From a bacterium (GTDB lineage: Bacteria; Bdellovibrionota_C; UBA2361; CALJRW01), in the NCBI GenBank assembly GCA_031385045.1, contig JANNBC010000060.1:1-64000 (forward strand): a stretch of DNA of 64,000 nt. Direction: 5' to 3'. Under the pieces are notes generated by a model that was not told the origin of the DNA, searched no databases, and saw only the letters and a program-made list of their open reading frames with translations. The first letter of the stretch is position 1. The number at the start of each line of letters is the position of its first letter. Made by a program: the position numbers and the translations under genes. Shown piece by piece: positions 63,165 through 64,000 of this stretch.

Positions 63165-63923
63165 ATGTTAAAAAAACTTTTTTCAATTTTATTAGTTTCT
63201 TTGTTATCACTTAATTTAGTTAGTGCAGAAGAGTATCTGCCAGTTGATAACGGGTTAGTTAGCTATCATGTTCAACCAAGATATCGCCCAAGTGAGGAGC
63301 ACCCACTACGTTTTGTTGCTTATGCGCTTCATCCAATTGGTTGGTTGCTTCGTGAAGGATTTACTCGTCCAATTAGTTATTTGATGGGTTCTACTGAAGA
63401 GACAAAGAGTATCTTTGGTTTTAGAGAAGCTGCTGATTATCGTACTCCTTCTTGTTTCTCTGCTAGCAATGCAATTCCAGATTGTCGCTCTATCCCACCT
63501 TATAACTATGAGTTAGCTCCAGGAGAGATTGGTGGTTTTGTAAAAGATGACCAAGCAAAAACAGCTAGGATTGTAGCTGCTAACAGCAAGCATTTATTTC
63601 CAAATGTTAACTTTGAATTTAATAGTTCAAAACTAAATACTTTGGGTAAAGCTAAAGTATTGGAGATTTCTGATATCATCACTAAAGGTGGTGCCGTGGA
63701 AGTTGTACTTGAAGGTCACACTGATTCTGTTGGTACTGATGAGTATAACAACAAGCTGGGTATGGATCGCGCTGAGTCAGTAAGAGCTGAATTAGTTAAG
63801 TTAGGTTTAAGTGCTGATTCACTTTCAACTGTAACTTTTGGTAAAACACGTCCTTTAGTTGATAAAGACACAGTTGAAGCAAGAGCGTTAAATCGCCGTG
63901 TTGAAGTTCATCCAGGACAATAG
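63165..63923 (+). CDS. OmpA C-terminal domain protein with unknown N-terminal domain
   Basis: Signal peptide; VNFEFNSS.L, EGHTDS.G..EYN..LG..RA, NRRVE. Confidence 0.88.
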   Translation: MLKKLFSILLVSLLSLNLVSAEEYLPVDNGLVSYHVQPRYRPSEEHPLRFVAYALHPIGWLLREGFTRPISYLMGSTEETKSIFGFREAADYRTPSCFSASNAIPDCRSIPPYNYELAPGEIGGFVKDDQAKTARIVAANSKHLFPNVNFEFNSSKLNTLGKAKVLEISDIITKGGAVEVVLEGHTDSVGTDEYNNKLGMDRAESVRAELVKLGLSADSLSTVTFGKTRPLVDKDTVEARALNRRVEVHPGQ

Positions 63924-63950
63924 TTCTCTAGCTAGCTAGAAAACATTCGG

Positions 63951-63988
63951 AGGCTGTTGGTCATAATTTGATCAACAGCCTTTTTTTT
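63951..63988 (+). terminator. Intrinsic terminator
   Basis: aggctgttggtca/tgatcaacagcct plus T-run. Confidence 0.85.
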
Positions 63989-64000
63989 ATCTAAAAGTTT

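Overview
AT-rich bacterial chromosome window, most similar by eye to a delta-proteobacterial or Bdellovibrionota-type organism (inference). It is dominated by the core transcription/translation supercluster: secE-nusG-rplKAJL-rpoBC, the str operon, S10/spc, secY-adk, rpmJ-rpsMK-rpoA-rplQ and rpsT. The cluster is rearranged. The tufB-type tRNAs are inverted, reordered and lack tuf, with umuDC between them and secE. About 8.5 kb separates rpoC from rpsL (glnA plus a decaying stress/DNA-repair island), about 6.5 kb separates rplO from secY, and rpsD, map and infA are missing from their usual positions. The most unusual signals are non-coding: (1) a family of short TATACT...AGTATA-bounded inverted-repeat modules that share an internal core while their terminal arms co-vary, stacked in nests at 1-257 and 27692-27951; (2) a dispersed REP-like palindrome with a conserved 3x3 internal loop and variable apical inserts; (3) structured spacers inside normally compact ribosomal operons. 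Also notable are a GspG-like/PilP fusion, a broken type IV pilin, two DNA-repair pseudogenes, and substitutions at conserved functional sites (S12 K88P, EF-Tu switch I, uL2, uL4, RpoC bridge helix). No CRISPR array, rRNA or intact transposase was seen. All family assignments are by eye, without database searches.
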